A stretch of 64,000 nucleotides of DNA from an uncultured Bacteroidales bacterium. GTDB lineage: Bacteria > Bacteroidota > Bacteroidia > Bacteroidales > VadinHA17. Each line of letters opens with the position of its first letter. Within the stretch, counting starts at the first letter, position 1. The stretch spans positions 206,321 through 270,320 of the forward strand of contig CAVWSZ010000016.1 of the NCBI GenBank assembly GCA_963757935.1, written 5' to 3'. The notes beneath the pieces are model-generated. The model saw only the letters and a program-made list of their open reading frames with translations. It was not told the origin of the DNA and did no database searches. Below are positions 10,593 through 20,548 of the stretch, one piece after another. The position numbers and the translations under genes were made by a program.

Positions 10593-12416
10593 TCAGCGGT
10601 AGGGGATAACACCTGGCGGTCCCGGTTCGAAGCCGGGAGGTCTGAGTTTAACAATACCGTTGACAGAGGCCCATGAAGTCTCTGACCATGGAGGCGATGA
10701 AGGATAGATACCAAATCTCAGCTGAATTGTGTTAATCACGAGCTGATCATTCCTGATCCTTACTCCCAGTCCGAACCCGGTGACATTATGGTATTCGCCT
10801 GAACCGAGATTGCCCTTGATAAGAAACCCTGCATCGGCAAATGTGAAAAGTGCGAACCTGAAACCGTAGACAGGCTTCGGAGTGAACAGTACAGGCTCAA
10901 CACTTATGACAATCCGGTGATTACCGTTAATAGAGTCATTGACAAATCCTCTTACAAGGTTTGAGCTCTTAAAATAGAGATATTCATCAGAGTACCTGTT
11001 AAATCCTCTTGTATAGTAGAGATTGACAAATGTCCGGAGCTGTGAACGGCCGGTATGGACAAGTGGAGTGAAGTACCTGACAGTCAGCTGAAGCATTCCC
11101 TGTTCAGTGGCCCTGTCATTGTAAAATGAAGAAAAACTTAATCCGCCGTAAATATATCCGAAGCGGTTAAAGATATTTCCGTATGCCACCCTGGCACCAA
11201 AATATGTTCTCCACTTAAATTCATTAATCTCTCTGCCTGCGTCGGCTTCGATGAGATATCCATAGGGTATGTCCTCTGTGCGTCCGTAGCTGTATATCAG
11301 AGAGGTGTTGATGAATTTTTGTGTCGAAAGGGCGATACTCCCGATGAATAACTGGTATTTCTGCAGTCTGTAATAATCGTTTCCGGTTATTTCAGGCCTG
11401 TTGAAGACGTTATTGTTAATATACCGCGTGGAAAAAATAAGTCGTGTGACCCTTGCCCTGTCAAGTAAAAACGACCTTGCGACCCAGTAATCCTGGTAGG
11501 TGAAGCGCAGAGGAACCGGAACAAGCATCGTGTCAAGGTCTTCGGTGGTATTTGTCAGCCGTGCCGTTGCCGACCAGGCATATTTTGTGTCGGAGCTGAT
11601 AAAGGTCCTGCTGAACACACCTCCTAGGGTATTCGACCCGAGGCCGTCAGAAAAGTCAAGTTCAAGATTTGCAAAAGTACGGGCTATATTCTTTACGGCA
11701 TACCTGGTACCTATCCCCGGGTAACTGTATTCCTTGAAATTATAGGGAACGCTGATGTCCCATTCGTGTCCGAATCCCGCAAAATTCCGGTTCAGGAATG
11801 TTACTTTACCCCTGGTAAAATCATCAAGCCTCACTTCGAGGCCCAGTGGATAAGTTTCACGTATTACAATTACCACATCAGCCTGATTTTCTCCGGCCGG
11901 GATGATAAGAATGCGCGCATCCTCGATAAACGGAAGATTCCTGAGAAGCCTTTCATTATCAGACATCTCGAGCGATGAGATCGTGTCGCCAACATTGAAA
12001 AGCATATATTTCCCCAGAACAAAACTCCTTGATTTGGTGTAGGTAGAATTAAGTATCTTTTCAAATTTGGCGGGGTCATAAAATATCGGGTCGTCGATAT
12101 TGGTTCCAAAGGCGTTCAGCCTCATTATCTCACGCTTTCTGATTACCATACCCTCGTATTGAATGAAGGGCCTGGTGCTTCCCAGGTTATTTTTCAGGTC
12201 TACGCCTGACGGAGGGGTGACAACGATAATATCATAAAGGAGGCGGGTAAGACGTCTTTTCTCGGCCCTCACCCTGAGAGTGTCATAAAATGCCCTGGTA
12301 ACAGTGTCACGGCTGATCTCCTCCTGCGCATATGAGGCAGTGGAAAAACCCAGCAGTAAGGTAAGTATTACAGTAATTGGTCTGAATAGAAAAAGACTAT
12401 TTAAGCACCGGTTCAC
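10593..12416 (-). CDS. Omp85/BamA-family-like outer-membrane protein (one POTRA-like region plus a barrel)
   Basis: 607 aa. The GTG start at 12416 overlaps the upstream stop (GTGA). Signal peptide: ITVILTLLLGFSTASYAQEE. The N-terminal region looks POTRA-like (LFNVGDTISSLEMSDNERLLRNLPFIEDARILI). The long C-terminal region is rich in Tyr/Gly/Asn and beta-strand-like. The family assignment is by eye only. Confidence 0.5.
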   Translation of the reverse strand: MNRCLNSLFLFRPITVILTLLLGFSTASYAQEEISRDTVTRAFYDTLRVRAEKRRLTRLLYDIIVVTPPSGVDLKNNLGSTRPFIQYEGMVIRKREIMRLNAFGTNIDDPIFYDPAKFEKILNSTYTKSRSFVLGKYMLFNVGDTISSLEMSDNERLLRNLPFIEDARILIIPAGENQADVVIVIRETYPLGLEVRLDDFTRGKVTFLNRNFAGFGHEWDISVPYNFKEYSYPGIGTRYAVKNIARTFANLELDFSDGLGSNTLGGVFSRTFISSDTKYAWSATARLTNTTEDLDTMLVPVPLRFTYQDYWVARSFLLDRARVTRLIFSTRYINNNVFNRPEITGNDYYRLQKYQLFIGSIALSTQKFINTSLIYSYGRTEDIPYGYLIEADAGREINEFKWRTYFGARVAYGNIFNRFGYIYGGLSFSSFYNDRATEQGMLQLTVRYFTPLVHTGRSQLRTFVNLYYTRGFNRYSDEYLYFKSSNLVRGFVNDSINGNHRIVISVEPVLFTPKPVYGFRFALFTFADAGFLIKGNLGSGEYHNVTGFGLGVRIRNDQLVINTIQLRFGIYPSSPPWSETSWASVNGIVKLRPPGFEPGPPGVIPYR

Positions 12417-13126
12417 TGCTGTTTGGGATTGTCATCCAGAACGTCATCAGAATTAAACTGGAATCCCAGTCGTTTTCCGGTGATGAGCCTGGTCTGCTGA
12501 ATTTTTGATTCTGCCTGGCCGACAGAGGCAATTTTTATTGCATCGTATGGAGGCACCAGAAGATCAAATTCAAGAGAGTAATTGATGGCGGTGTAGACTA
12601 TATTCTGCAGTGATTCTTTGCTGTATTCCTCATTCCCGTAATTGGTGAACAGCATACCCATCTGCCTCTTGCCCTCCACAAAATACTGGTTCTCATGATT
12701 GATGAATATACGGGCAATAAGGTAACCAAGATCCTCCAGCCTTGAAAACCTGAATGAGTCAGCAAGAAAGTTGTAAATGTTGATGACACCGCTGTAGGCA
12801 TTGAACTTGTTCTTCTGGATGTACGCCGTTTTCCAGGCCGGATGCTCGCGGTCAAACTGGAAAATGTTCGAATGCATGCTGAATAAAAGCATATCAGCGG
12901 CAACCCTTAGCTGTGCATCATAGTTGCTTCGGTCAGTGTACTCCATCCGTATCCTGGGATCAATTCCCAAAAGGCTTGTATTGACCTCCTTGGTAAGGTT
13001 TTTAAGTATATCCTTTATGATCATGAAGGCAACCGAGGTGTTGTCATAAACCTTTTCCTTAAGCACAGACTTACTCTTAAGGGTGTCAACGATCATTAAC
13101 TTTTTCTTTGGTGATTCATCCTGCAT
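12413..13126 (-). CDS. Hypothetical protein, no recognisable family, no signal peptide
   Basis: 237-aa ORF with uniform coding appearance, translationally coupled to the downstream Omp85-like gene. I do not recognise any motif in it. Confidence 0.5.
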   Translation of the reverse strand: MQDESPKKKLMIVDTLKSKSVLKEKVYDNTSVAFMIIKDILKNLTKEVNTSLLGIDPRIRMEYTDRSNYDAQLRVAADMLLFSMHSNIFQFDREHPAWKTAYIQKNKFNAYSGVINIYNFLADSFRFSRLEDLGYLIARIFINHENQYFVEGKRQMGMLFTNYGNEEYSKESLQNIVYTAINYSLEFDLLVPPYDAIKIASVGQAESKIQQTRLITGKRLGFQFNSDDVLDDNPKQQ

Positions 13127-13185
13127 GGTACTCTCTTTTAACTATGCGCACCTAATTTAACGTTTTATTTATTACAAAATCAAAA

Positions 13186-13211
13186 CGCCGCTTCATTTGA
13201 ATGAAACGGCG
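13186..13211 (-). terminator. Hairpin plus T-run downstream of proS
   Basis: On the minus strand the sequence is ACGCCGTTTCATTCAAATGAAGCGGCGTTTT. The stems are CGCCG/CGGCG and TTCAT/ATGAA, followed by TTTT, about 20 nt after the proS stop. Confidence 0.55.
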
Positions 13212-13231
13212 TCTTTAAATGCGATTTTTGC

Positions 13232-14707
13232 TCAATAGGAACGGGCAAAAAGAACTCTTCTTTCCGAGGGTTTGCCGGTCCGGACACACCTTCCCTTTTC
13301 TGCGGGGCTGTCGAAGGGAATTATGCGGATTGTAGCCTTTGTCTCGTTTTTAATAATCTCTTCAGTCTCCGGTGTTCCGTCCCAGTGCGCCATCACAAAT
13401 CCGCCCTTATTCTCTATGATATCCCGGAATTCTTCCCAGGTTTCGACGTAATAAGTGCTTTTGTCACGGAATTCAGTGGCTTTGCGCAGCATATTGTTCT
13501 GTATTTCATCCATCAGCGCTGTCACATGAGCCACTATGTTGTCACGGCTGACAGTCTCCTTGGTGAGTGTATCACGTCTTGCCACTTCGACTGTCCCTTC
13601 ATCTGCATCGCGGGGCCCTATTGCAAGCCTTACCGGTACACCTTTAAGTTCGTAATCTGCAAATTTGAATCCGGGCTTCTGGGTATCACGGTTGTCATAT
13701 TTGACATTCAGTCCGGCATTCTCAAGCTTCAATTTGAGGTCTGTGGCTATTTCGGAAATTTTATCAAGCTGTTCATTCCCCTTGTAAATGGGAATTATGA
13801 CGACGTGGATGGGAGCGAGCTTCGGTGGTATTATCAGGCCGTTGTCATCACCGTGAGCCATTATCAGAGCACCCATAAGCCTGGTTGATACTCCCCAGCT
13901 GGTGGCCCATACATAGTCGAGCTTGCCCTCCCTGTTTGTAAACTGTACGTCGAAGGCTTTCGCGAAGTTCTGCCCCAGGAAGTGGCTGGTGCCTGCCTGA
14001 AGTGCCTTGCCGTCCTGCATCAGAGCCTCGATTGCATAGGTGTCTTCAGCACCGGCAAAACGTTCGCTTACAGATTTATATCCCTTGATTACCGGAATAG
14101 CCATGAAGTTGGTGGCAAAGTCGGCATAGAGGTCAATTATCTTGTTTGTTTCCTCCACGGCCTCTTCACGTGTGGCGTGGGCTGTATGGCCTTCCTGCCA
14201 CAGGAATTCTGCCGTACGAAGGAAGAGCCTCGTTCGCATTTCCCACCTTACAACATTCGCCCATTGATTGATCAGGAGGGGAAGATCACGGTAGGAGTGT
14301 ATCCAGTCTTTATATGTACTCCATATGATTGTCTCAGATGTGGGCCTGACTATCAGTTCCTCTTCAAGCTTTGCATCCGGGTCAACGATTACCCCTTTCC
14401 CGTTGGGATCCTTCATGAGACGGTAATGTGTTACGACTGCGCACTCTTTTGCGAAGCCCTCGACGTGTGCCGCTTCGCGACTGAAGAAAGACTTGGGAAT
14501 AAAGAGCGGGAAGTATGCATTTACGTGCCCCGTGGCCTTGAACTTCCTGTCAAGCTCTGCCTGAATTTTCTCCCAGATAGCATAACCGTACGGCTTGATA
14601 ACCATGCAGCCTCTCACGGCTGAATTTTCAGCCAGATCTGCCTTTATTACAAGATCATTGTACCATTGTGAATAATTTTCTTCCCTGCTTGTCAGAAATT
14701 TGGCCAT
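13232..14707 (-). CDS. proS: Prolyl-tRNA synthetase (archaeal/eukaryote-like type)
   Basis: Start chosen at the ATG at 14707 ([27 protein letters not shown]...). The upstream extension of the ORF to 14836 is hydrophobic nonsense and would overlap the divergent gene. The product is about 491 aa of class II aaRS. Confidence 0.95.
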   Translation of the reverse strand: MAKFLTSREENYSQWYNDLVIKADLAENSAVRGCMVIKPYGYAIWEKIQAELDRKFKATGHVNAYFPLFIPKSFFSREAAHVEGFAKECAVVTHYRLMKDPNGKGVIVDPDAKLEEELIVRPTSETIIWSTYKDWIHSYRDLPLLINQWANVVRWEMRTRLFLRTAEFLWQEGHTAHATREEAVEETNKIIDLYADFATNFMAIPVIKGYKSVSERFAGAEDTYAIEALMQDGKALQAGTSHFLGQNFAKAFDVQFTNREGKLDYVWATSWGVSTRLMGALIMAHGDDNGLIIPPKLAPIHVVIIPIYKGNEQLDKISEIATDLKLKLENAGLNVKYDNRDTQKPGFKFADYELKGVPVRLAIGPRDADEGTVEVARRDTLTKETVSRDNIVAHVTALMDEIQNNMLRKATEFRDKSTYYVETWEEFRDIIENKGGFVMAHWDGTPETEEIIKNETKATIRIIPFDSPAEKGRCVRTGKPSERRVLFARSY

Positions 14708-14801
14708 TTGTTTGGTATAGTATTTGAATAATGTTAAATAGCATTGCAAAAGATTGCGTAAAAATAGATAAAACTTGTGAACCGGAAAGAGGAGGTACGC
14801 C

Positions 14802-16079
14802 ATGAAGACAAAAATATTACTCGCAGTAACAGCCATGCTGGCATTTGCACTCTGTGCGACCGCTGAAGAACGAAGCCCGGATTCCGGAGCTTCCGGATAT
14901 GGTTATGGCAGTCAGCAGGTTGTGGTGAACAACTATTATTACGGTAACGGGTATGAGTACTCGTCACGCCTGAAAAGGTTTCACAACTCCTACACCAGCT
15001 TTGATTTTTATTCACCGGTTTACACCGAAGCGTACTGGTACAACTTTACTCCTTATACATGGGGTGTCTCCATCTATGACGACTGGTACTATTACGGAGC
15101 AGGTGTTTCAAGGTATTCATGGCGAAGCGGTTTTGGCGGCTCTTACTGGTGGGGCTATGACCCCTGGATGGACTATGATCCCTGGATGGGATACGGATGG
15201 AACTCATGGTACAGTCCGGGATTCAGCAACGGTATAAATATCTACCTGGGCAGGCCGCAGTACCACTACCCGGTGGCATGGAACAGATGGAACTATCATC
15301 AGCACTGGGATTCATACAGACCTGTCTATATTGTGAACAATAACCGCTACAACACATACGTCAATACCAACAATTACGGCAGGAATTACAATCCTTCCCG
15401 GACTGAGACAACAGACCGCCGGTCAGGATATACGATTGTCAACGGTAGGAGTACACGGGATTCAGGCTCCGGAACCGGATCCACAGGGAGCGCAGGCACC
15501 GGCACTCGGCACCGGCAGAACCCAGGGCACAAGAGTCGGCACAGGCACTCCGGCACCGGCAGAACCCAGGGCACAAGAGTCGGCACGGGCACTTCCGGCA
15601 CCGGCAGAACCCAGGGCACAAGAGTCGGCACAGGCACTTCAGAAAACAGTGGCACCAGCACCGGTCAGGGTAACAACGATAAGGAAAAGAGTAATAACGG
15701 ATTGCGGGTGGGTCAGTACAGGAGAGGTGTTGCCGTTCCTGCTGAAGCAAAACCAAATGAACCCGCAAGACCCAATAATCCAAATGTGAATGACAGGATC
15801 GATCCGGGGAAGGAAAAGACAGGAACACAGACCCGGACACAAACTGAGATGAAGGCCCCGGTCCCTGCCCAGTCGCGTCAGCAGACTCAGGGAACAGTCA
15901 GAACCAATACCCGCAGAAATGAGACTACTGTAAGTCAGGGGTCATCAACGGGCACAACCCGGGCAGGAGAGACAACCGTCACAAAAAGCACGGAGAAAAA
16001 GTCAACAGAATCAGCAGAGAGCAAGACCTCAAAAACCGAATCGGGCAGAAGAAGCACTACTTCAGTAAAAAAACGGTAA
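14802..16079 (+). CDS. Secreted Tyr/Trp/Gly-rich low-complexity protein with a Ser/Thr/Arg/Gly-rich tail (YxWGxW-like repeats)
   Basis: Signal peptide [21 protein letters not shown]. The N-terminal half is dominated by Y/W/N/G ([25 protein letters not shown]). The C-terminal half is T/S/G/R/Q-rich and contains tandem repeats. A GGAGG sits 6 nt upstream of the ATG. Confidence 0.6.
   Translation: MKTKILLAVTAMLAFALCATAEERSPDSGASGYGYGSQQVVVNNYYYGNGYEYSSRLKRFHNSYTSFDFYSPVYTEAYWYNFTPYTWGVSIYDDWYYYGAGVSRYSWRSGFGGSYWWGYDPWMDYDPWMGYGWNSWYSPGFSNGINIYLGRPQYHYPVAWNRWNYHQHWDSYRPVYIVNNNRYNTYVNTNNYGRNYNPSRTETTDRRSGYTIVNGRSTRDSGSGTGSTGSAGTGTRHRQNPGHKSRHRHSGTGRTQGTRVGTGTSGTGRTQGTRVGTGTSENSGTSTGQGNNDKEKSNNGLRVGQYRRGVAVPAEAKPNEPARPNNPNVNDRIDPGKEKTGTQTRTQTEMKAPVPAQSRQQTQGTVRTNTRRNETTVSQGSSTGTTRAGETTVTKSTEKKSTESAESKTSKTESGRRSTTSVKKR
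15508..15641 (+). repeat. Three tandem copies of a 45-bp unit (the first copy is 44 bp) inside the CDS
   Basis: The unit is GGCACCGGCAGAACCCAGGGCACAAGAGTCGGCACAGGCACT(T)CC, at 15508-15551, 15552-15596 and 15597-15641. Copies 2 and 3 encode [15 protein letters not shown]. Confidence 0.9.
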
Positions 16080-16152
16080 TGATATCAGCGTAACCTTAAA
16101 ATTGGTACGGATTTTGTTATATTCAGATAAAGATAACTTTAGGAGGGTTAAG

Positions 16153-17566
16153 ATGAAAAAATTCAGGTACATAATCCCGGTAATTCTGGTGGCAGCAAGC
16201 TCGTGTACATCACAGCTTTTCACCGGAACTGCTTATGATGATCTCTATTACAGGGAGTCAGATCAGCCGGTTGTAGCGGTACAGCAGAACTCCCCTGACA
16301 GGACAACGGAGCAGTATTATGACAATATCTTTGCCGGCGACACACTTATCGCTGACGAATATGTGCCGTATGACGAGTCAATTGCACAGGAAGTTATTCT
16401 GAAAGACGGTTCAATAGATAATAATTACTATAATTACCTGAGCCCCTCAGATCAGATTTATCTGTTCAATGACAGCTATTTCTACCCCTACTGGAGAGAC
16501 CCGTTCTACTTCAGCCCTTTCTCAACAAGGCTCTCATTCGGATATAATTATTTCGGATCTCCCTACTTCGGTGGCGGAATGTATGATCCTTTCTGGTATG
16601 ACTCCTATATGTACAGCCCCTATATGTATAATCCCTACTACTCATATAACCCATACTGGGGCTATAACTCGTACTGGGGTTACGGATACAATCCATGGAT
16701 GTATTCAGGCTACTATAACAACGGCTACTATTACCAGAGTAATGATGCGAACAGTAACTATATCGCCCGCAGGGGAGGTTTCAGCACATCAATGAGGACA
16801 GGTACTACCGGTGACGGCAGGAACAAGGCCGGTTCATCATATACCCAGGGAAATGTTGCCTCAGGTTCGCAGGGGACTATTCCTTCGAGGAGATCAACCT
16901 ACGGTACAACTGACGGCACGAATACAACTAACAAGATCCGGCTCCGGCGTTTCGAGGACCTCTACCGACGGTACGAGAACTTATTCAGCACCCAACACAG
17001 TAACTCAGAATCCGGGTTATACCCGCCGCGAACAGACAGGCATCTCAACACAGGTAAGATCGCAGGGTCAGATTCCCGCACAGGGAGAAACAAGGACACA
17101 GAGCGTAAACAGGCCACAGTACCAGACAACTGAAAGAACATACACACCGAGCTATAATAACCCCAGGATGAGTTCCAGGCCGTCATACAACAACAGCCGG
17201 AGTACAACCGAAGGCAGTGGCACATCTGTCTACAACAACCAGGGGGCTGTCAGAAGCAGCAGCAGTACACCGGGTCAGTCGAGAACGCAGTATAACAACA
17301 GCTCATCAGGTTACACGCCCTCCAGGTCCTCCTCCTCACCTTCCTATTCAGCACCATCACGGAGCAGCGGCAGCACCTCGGTAAGTTCCGGAAGCCGTAG
17401 CAGCAGCGGAGGTTCTTCATACTCGGGAGGCAGCTCCAACTACTCGTCAGGATCAAGATCCTCATCATCGGGCAGCTACAGCTCAGGTTCTTCCTCAGGT
17501 TCTTCCTCAGGTTCTTCGTCATCATCCTCTTCATCATCTGAAGGTTCGGGAGGAAGAAGGAGGTAA
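16153..17566 (+). pseudogene. Second Tyr/Trp/Gly-rich lipoprotein with a poly-Ser tail, one frameshift as sequenced
   Basis: The ATG at 16153 gives the lipobox MKKFRYIIPVILVAASSC, with a GGAGG 6 nt upstream. The Y/W-rich core reads MYNPYYSYNPYWGYNSYWGYGYNPWMYSGYY. The frame of ORF 16102-17133 and the frame of ORF 16811-17566 join around 16925-16945. The tail ends ...SSGSSSGSSSGSSSSSSSSSEGSGGRRR. Confidence 0.55.
17483..17518 (+). repeat. 12-bp tandem repeat TCAGGTTCTTCC x3 (encodes SGSS repeats)
   Basis: Read directly in the poly-Ser tail of the preceding gene. Confidence 0.85.
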
Positions 17567-17641
17567 TAAAATAAAAATATCCTGAAAGTCATGTTCCGCC
17601 AATGCAGGAGCAGCAGGGTTCTTATACTTCAAAATAAAGAA

Positions 17642-19144
17642 ATGATGAAAAGGAAAGTATTCATAATGATGACAGTTCTGCTGATCCCTCTCGGTATGAT
17701 GGCACAGAACCTCGATGATGCACTAAGGTATTCGAAGCTCTTCTACCAGGGTACAGCACGCTTCAACGGAATGAGCGGAGCATTCACAGCCCTTGGCGGA
17801 GACCTTTCTGCCATATCGCTTAACCCGGCTTCCGCTGCTGTCTTCAGGTCCACGGAATTTGCAGTTTCACCGCAGCTGATGTTCAGAAACGACTGGGCTA
17901 ATTATTCAGGATCATCGAATGACAGCAAGCTGACTGATTTCAATATCGGCCAGATAGGACTTGTCTCTGCAATTACCCTTGGTGAAGGATCCGCGCTGAA
18001 AAGTCTTAGTGTCGCCTATTCATACAACCGGACGAATAATTTCAGCCAGCGAACAATAGTTTCCGGAACCAGCGACGCAAGCTCCATGTCTGACTACTGG
18101 GCCTCACTGGCCAACGGATACTATACAGACGAGCTTGAAGATAATACTTCAGGCGGTTTCATGGCATATGAGACATGGTTGATCGACACACTTTCAAACA
18201 GTTATACACAGTATGCTTCAGTCTTCTCTTATTACGGTGAGATGAACCCGGCATACGGTCAGCAGACCGAAAGGGTAATTGACAACGGCGGCTATACCGG
18301 AGAACATACAATTGCCTTCGGCGCAAATGTAGGAAACAAGCTATACCTGGGTGCAGGATTCGGAATTACGGCACTTTCATTTACAGGACATTATACTCAT
18401 ACCGAATCTGATGACCTGGACAATGTTCCTGATTTTGTAAGGTTTACATATACTGACCATTTTGTTGCCACAGGTTCAGGATTGAATTTCAAGCTCGGGG
18501 CAATCCTCAAGCCGATTGAGGCGATAAGGCTGGGATTCAGTTTCACTACTCCGACTGTTTACCGTGTGACCGAAAATTACTACAGCAACCTTACATCCTA
18601 TTTTGACGGAGATACGCCTTCGAATCCCGCCGACGACGGCAATTATGAGGTCAGCAAGGATCCGATGGGCTACGGATACCGGGTCACTACTCCTTACAGG
18701 ATAAACACAGGTATTGCTTTCCAGATCGGAACGATGGCCCTTGTAAGTGCTGACTATGAATTTGTTGATTATTCAAGTGCAAAACTCAGTCGTGGGTCTG
18801 ACGGATACGAATTCTCCACGGAGAATGATGATATTAAATCTGAATTGAAAAGTGCAGGAAACCTGAGGCTTGGAGCTGAGGTGCGTCTCGGTTCGGTCTA
18901 TTTCCGGGGCGGACTAAGCCATCACGGCTCATCGTACAGTGACGGTGCCCTCAACGAAACGGCTGATTATAACGGTTATAGTGCCGGAATCGGCTACAGG
19001 CAACCTGGATTCTTTTTAGACTTTTCATTTGCAGGCCTGATACATTCCGAGAATTATCTGATGTATCCCGATGCCTGGCTTGAAACTGCGGTGATTGACA
19101 CCAATGACAAGTTTATTACAGCGACAGTTGGTCTTAAGTTTTAA
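17642..19144 (+). CDS. Putative FadL/OMPP1-like outer-membrane beta-barrel protein
   Basis: Start at 17642 (MMKRKVFIMMTVLLIPLGMMAQ, a signal peptide). The N-terminal block GTARFNGMSGAFTALGGDLSAISLNPASAAVF resembles the FadL-family NPA plug region. The remainder alternates Gly/Tyr/Ser strands and ends in F. The family call is by eye. Confidence 0.5.
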   Translation: MMKRKVFIMMTVLLIPLGMMAQNLDDALRYSKLFYQGTARFNGMSGAFTALGGDLSAISLNPASAAVFRSTEFAVSPQLMFRNDWANYSGSSNDSKLTDFNIGQIGLVSAITLGEGSALKSLSVAYSYNRTNNFSQRTIVSGTSDASSMSDYWASLANGYYTDELEDNTSGGFMAYETWLIDTLSNSYTQYASVFSYYGEMNPAYGQQTERVIDNGGYTGEHTIAFGANVGNKLYLGAGFGITALSFTGHYTHTESDDLDNVPDFVRFTYTDHFVATGSGLNFKLGAILKPIEAIRLGFSFTTPTVYRVTENYYSNLTSYFDGDTPSNPADDGNYEVSKDPMGYGYRVTTPYRINTGIAFQIGTMALVSADYEFVDYSSAKLSRGSDGYEFSTENDDIKSELKSAGNLRLGAEVRLGSVYFRGGLSHHGSSYSDGALNETADYNGYSAGIGYRQPGFFLDFSFAGLIHSENYLMYPDAWLETAVIDTNDKFITATVGLKF

Positions 19145-19165
19145 TTATATTTCCTATTCTGTTTT

Positions 19166-19795
19166 TCACTCCGGAGACTTCAGCAGCAATGCTTTAGTCT
19201 CCGGTCCGTTATTGAGCAGGAGGTCAATGATGCTTAATCCCGGCACAAAACCGTACCTGTCAGAGAATACCTGCGTATAATCCGCGCCAGGATTCCTGAA
19301 TGCTCCTTCAGACTTTTTTGGAGTGAGAGTATATCTGTAGTCGGCTTCAGCAATTCCTTCACCTGTAAACTCACCGGTGAAACGTACCGGCACATTTATC
19401 CCTATGGCATCAAGCATAGCCTTCAGGGCATTATAATTAAGGTCGAGCAGGTACCTGAAATCACCGGTTATGACCTCCTTCAGGATATCGAAATAGAATT
19501 CGAAATACGGTGCAGTGGCATAGGCTGACATTATGCCCCGCAGATGAAGCTCACGCCATCTGCGGCTGCTGTCGATTTCAATATCTCTTACAGGTGTCTT
19601 GTGAAATGACCCGCGCAAAACAGGAACTACGAGATCAAGCGGCCCGTTTGCCCCAAGAATTGTACACCTGTTGCGGTATGTCTGTTTGTGATAGTTCTCC
19701 CACCTTTCAATCTGAACATCCCCGGCACCGGCTATGAGAGTGAAATATCTTGCCGGTGGAAAATAGGCGGTGGAAAGAAGAACTGTGGCAGCCAT
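19166..19795 (-). CDS. WbqC-family protein (function unknown)
   Basis: 209 aa. The N-terminus LSTAYFPPARYFTLIAGAGDVQIERWENYHKQTYRNRCTILGANG matches my recollection of the WbqC-like family. It starts 5 nt after the larB stop. Confidence 0.65.
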   Translation of the reverse strand: MAATVLLSTAYFPPARYFTLIAGAGDVQIERWENYHKQTYRNRCTILGANGPLDLVVPVLRGSFHKTPVRDIEIDSSRRWRELHLRGIMSAYATAPYFEFYFDILKEVITGDFRYLLDLNYNALKAMLDAIGINVPVRFTGEFTGEGIAEADYRYTLTPKKSEGAFRNPGADYTQVFSDRYGFVPGLSIIDLLLNNGPETKALLLKSPE

Positions 19796-19800
19796 TGTTT

Positions 19801-20547
19801 TCAGAGCCGGTTGATCCTGCTGGCTGAAAACCCCGCACCGAAACCGTTGTCGATATTTACAACTGTCACTCCGGCAGCGCAGCTGGTGAGCATGGCAAGC
19901 AATGCGGAGATCCCTTCGAAAGAAGCCCCGTAACCCACGCTTGTGGGTACGGCAATGACCGGCATGTTAACAAGACCTCCGATTACACTTGCGAGTGCCC
20001 CCTCCATTCCGGCTATGACAATAGCTACCCTGCATTCACGGATCTCGGGCAGCTTGTCAACCAGCCTGTGAATTCCGGCAACACCTGCATCATAGATTCT
20101 TACTACCTCGTTGCCGAGTAGCTCTGCTGTGACTGCTGCCTCCTCCGCAACAGGAATATCAGAAGTCCCGGCAGTGATGACAGCAATCTTCTTCGGCTGC
20201 GGAATTATCTCCTTTTTTTTGATGCTGATTATCCGCGCAACTTCATAATATACCGAATGGGGAAAGTGTATCCTGATGTAATCGTTCAGACTCCTGTCTG
20301 CCCTGGTACCTATAATATTGTTTTCATGTTCCTCCATCACGGCGAAAATTGCCCTTACCTGTTCATGCGTCTTGCCCGCACAGTAGACAATCTCCGGATA
20401 ACCCGTACGTAGTTCACGGTGATGATCTATCCGGGCAAACCCGAGATCACTGTATGAAAAGTTCTGCAGCTTTTCCATGGCCTCGTTTACCTGCAGTGAA
20501 CCGTCCTTTATATGGTTCAGTATATTCTCAAGCTCTCTGGCATTCAT
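19801..20547 (-). CDS. larB: Nickel-pincer cofactor biosynthesis protein LarB (NaAD carboxylase/hydrolase, PurE-like)
   Basis: 248 aa with a PurE-like C-terminal half (KIAVITAGTSDIPVAEEA ... AIVIAGMEGALASVIGGLV ... PVIAVPTSVGYG). Confidence 0.85.
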   Translation of the reverse strand: MNARELENILNHIKDGSLQVNEAMEKLQNFSYSDLGFARIDHHRELRTGYPEIVYCAGKTHEQVRAIFAVMEEHENNIIGTRADRSLNDYIRIHFPHSVYYEVARIISIKKKEIIPQPKKIAVITAGTSDIPVAEEAAVTAELLGNEVVRIYDAGVAGIHRLVDKLPEIRECRVAIVIAGMEGALASVIGGLVNMPVIAVPTSVGYGASFEGISALLAMLTSCAAGVTVVNIDNGFGAGFSASRINRL

Positions 20548-20548
20548 T

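Noticed and set aside
10615-10640. A tRNA T-arm-like string, GGTCCCGGTTCGAAGCCGGGAGG.
   Set aside because: It lies inside the Omp85-like CDS, where the minus strand encodes ...PPGFEPGPPGV.... No acceptor or anticodon stems flank it.
15386-15842. Minus-strand ORFs with repeated [11 protein letters not shown] segments that look like a Cys-rich repeat protein.
   Set aside because: They are the reverse-complement reading of the 45-bp tandem repeat inside the plus-strand secreted protein. They have no independent start context and no signal peptide.
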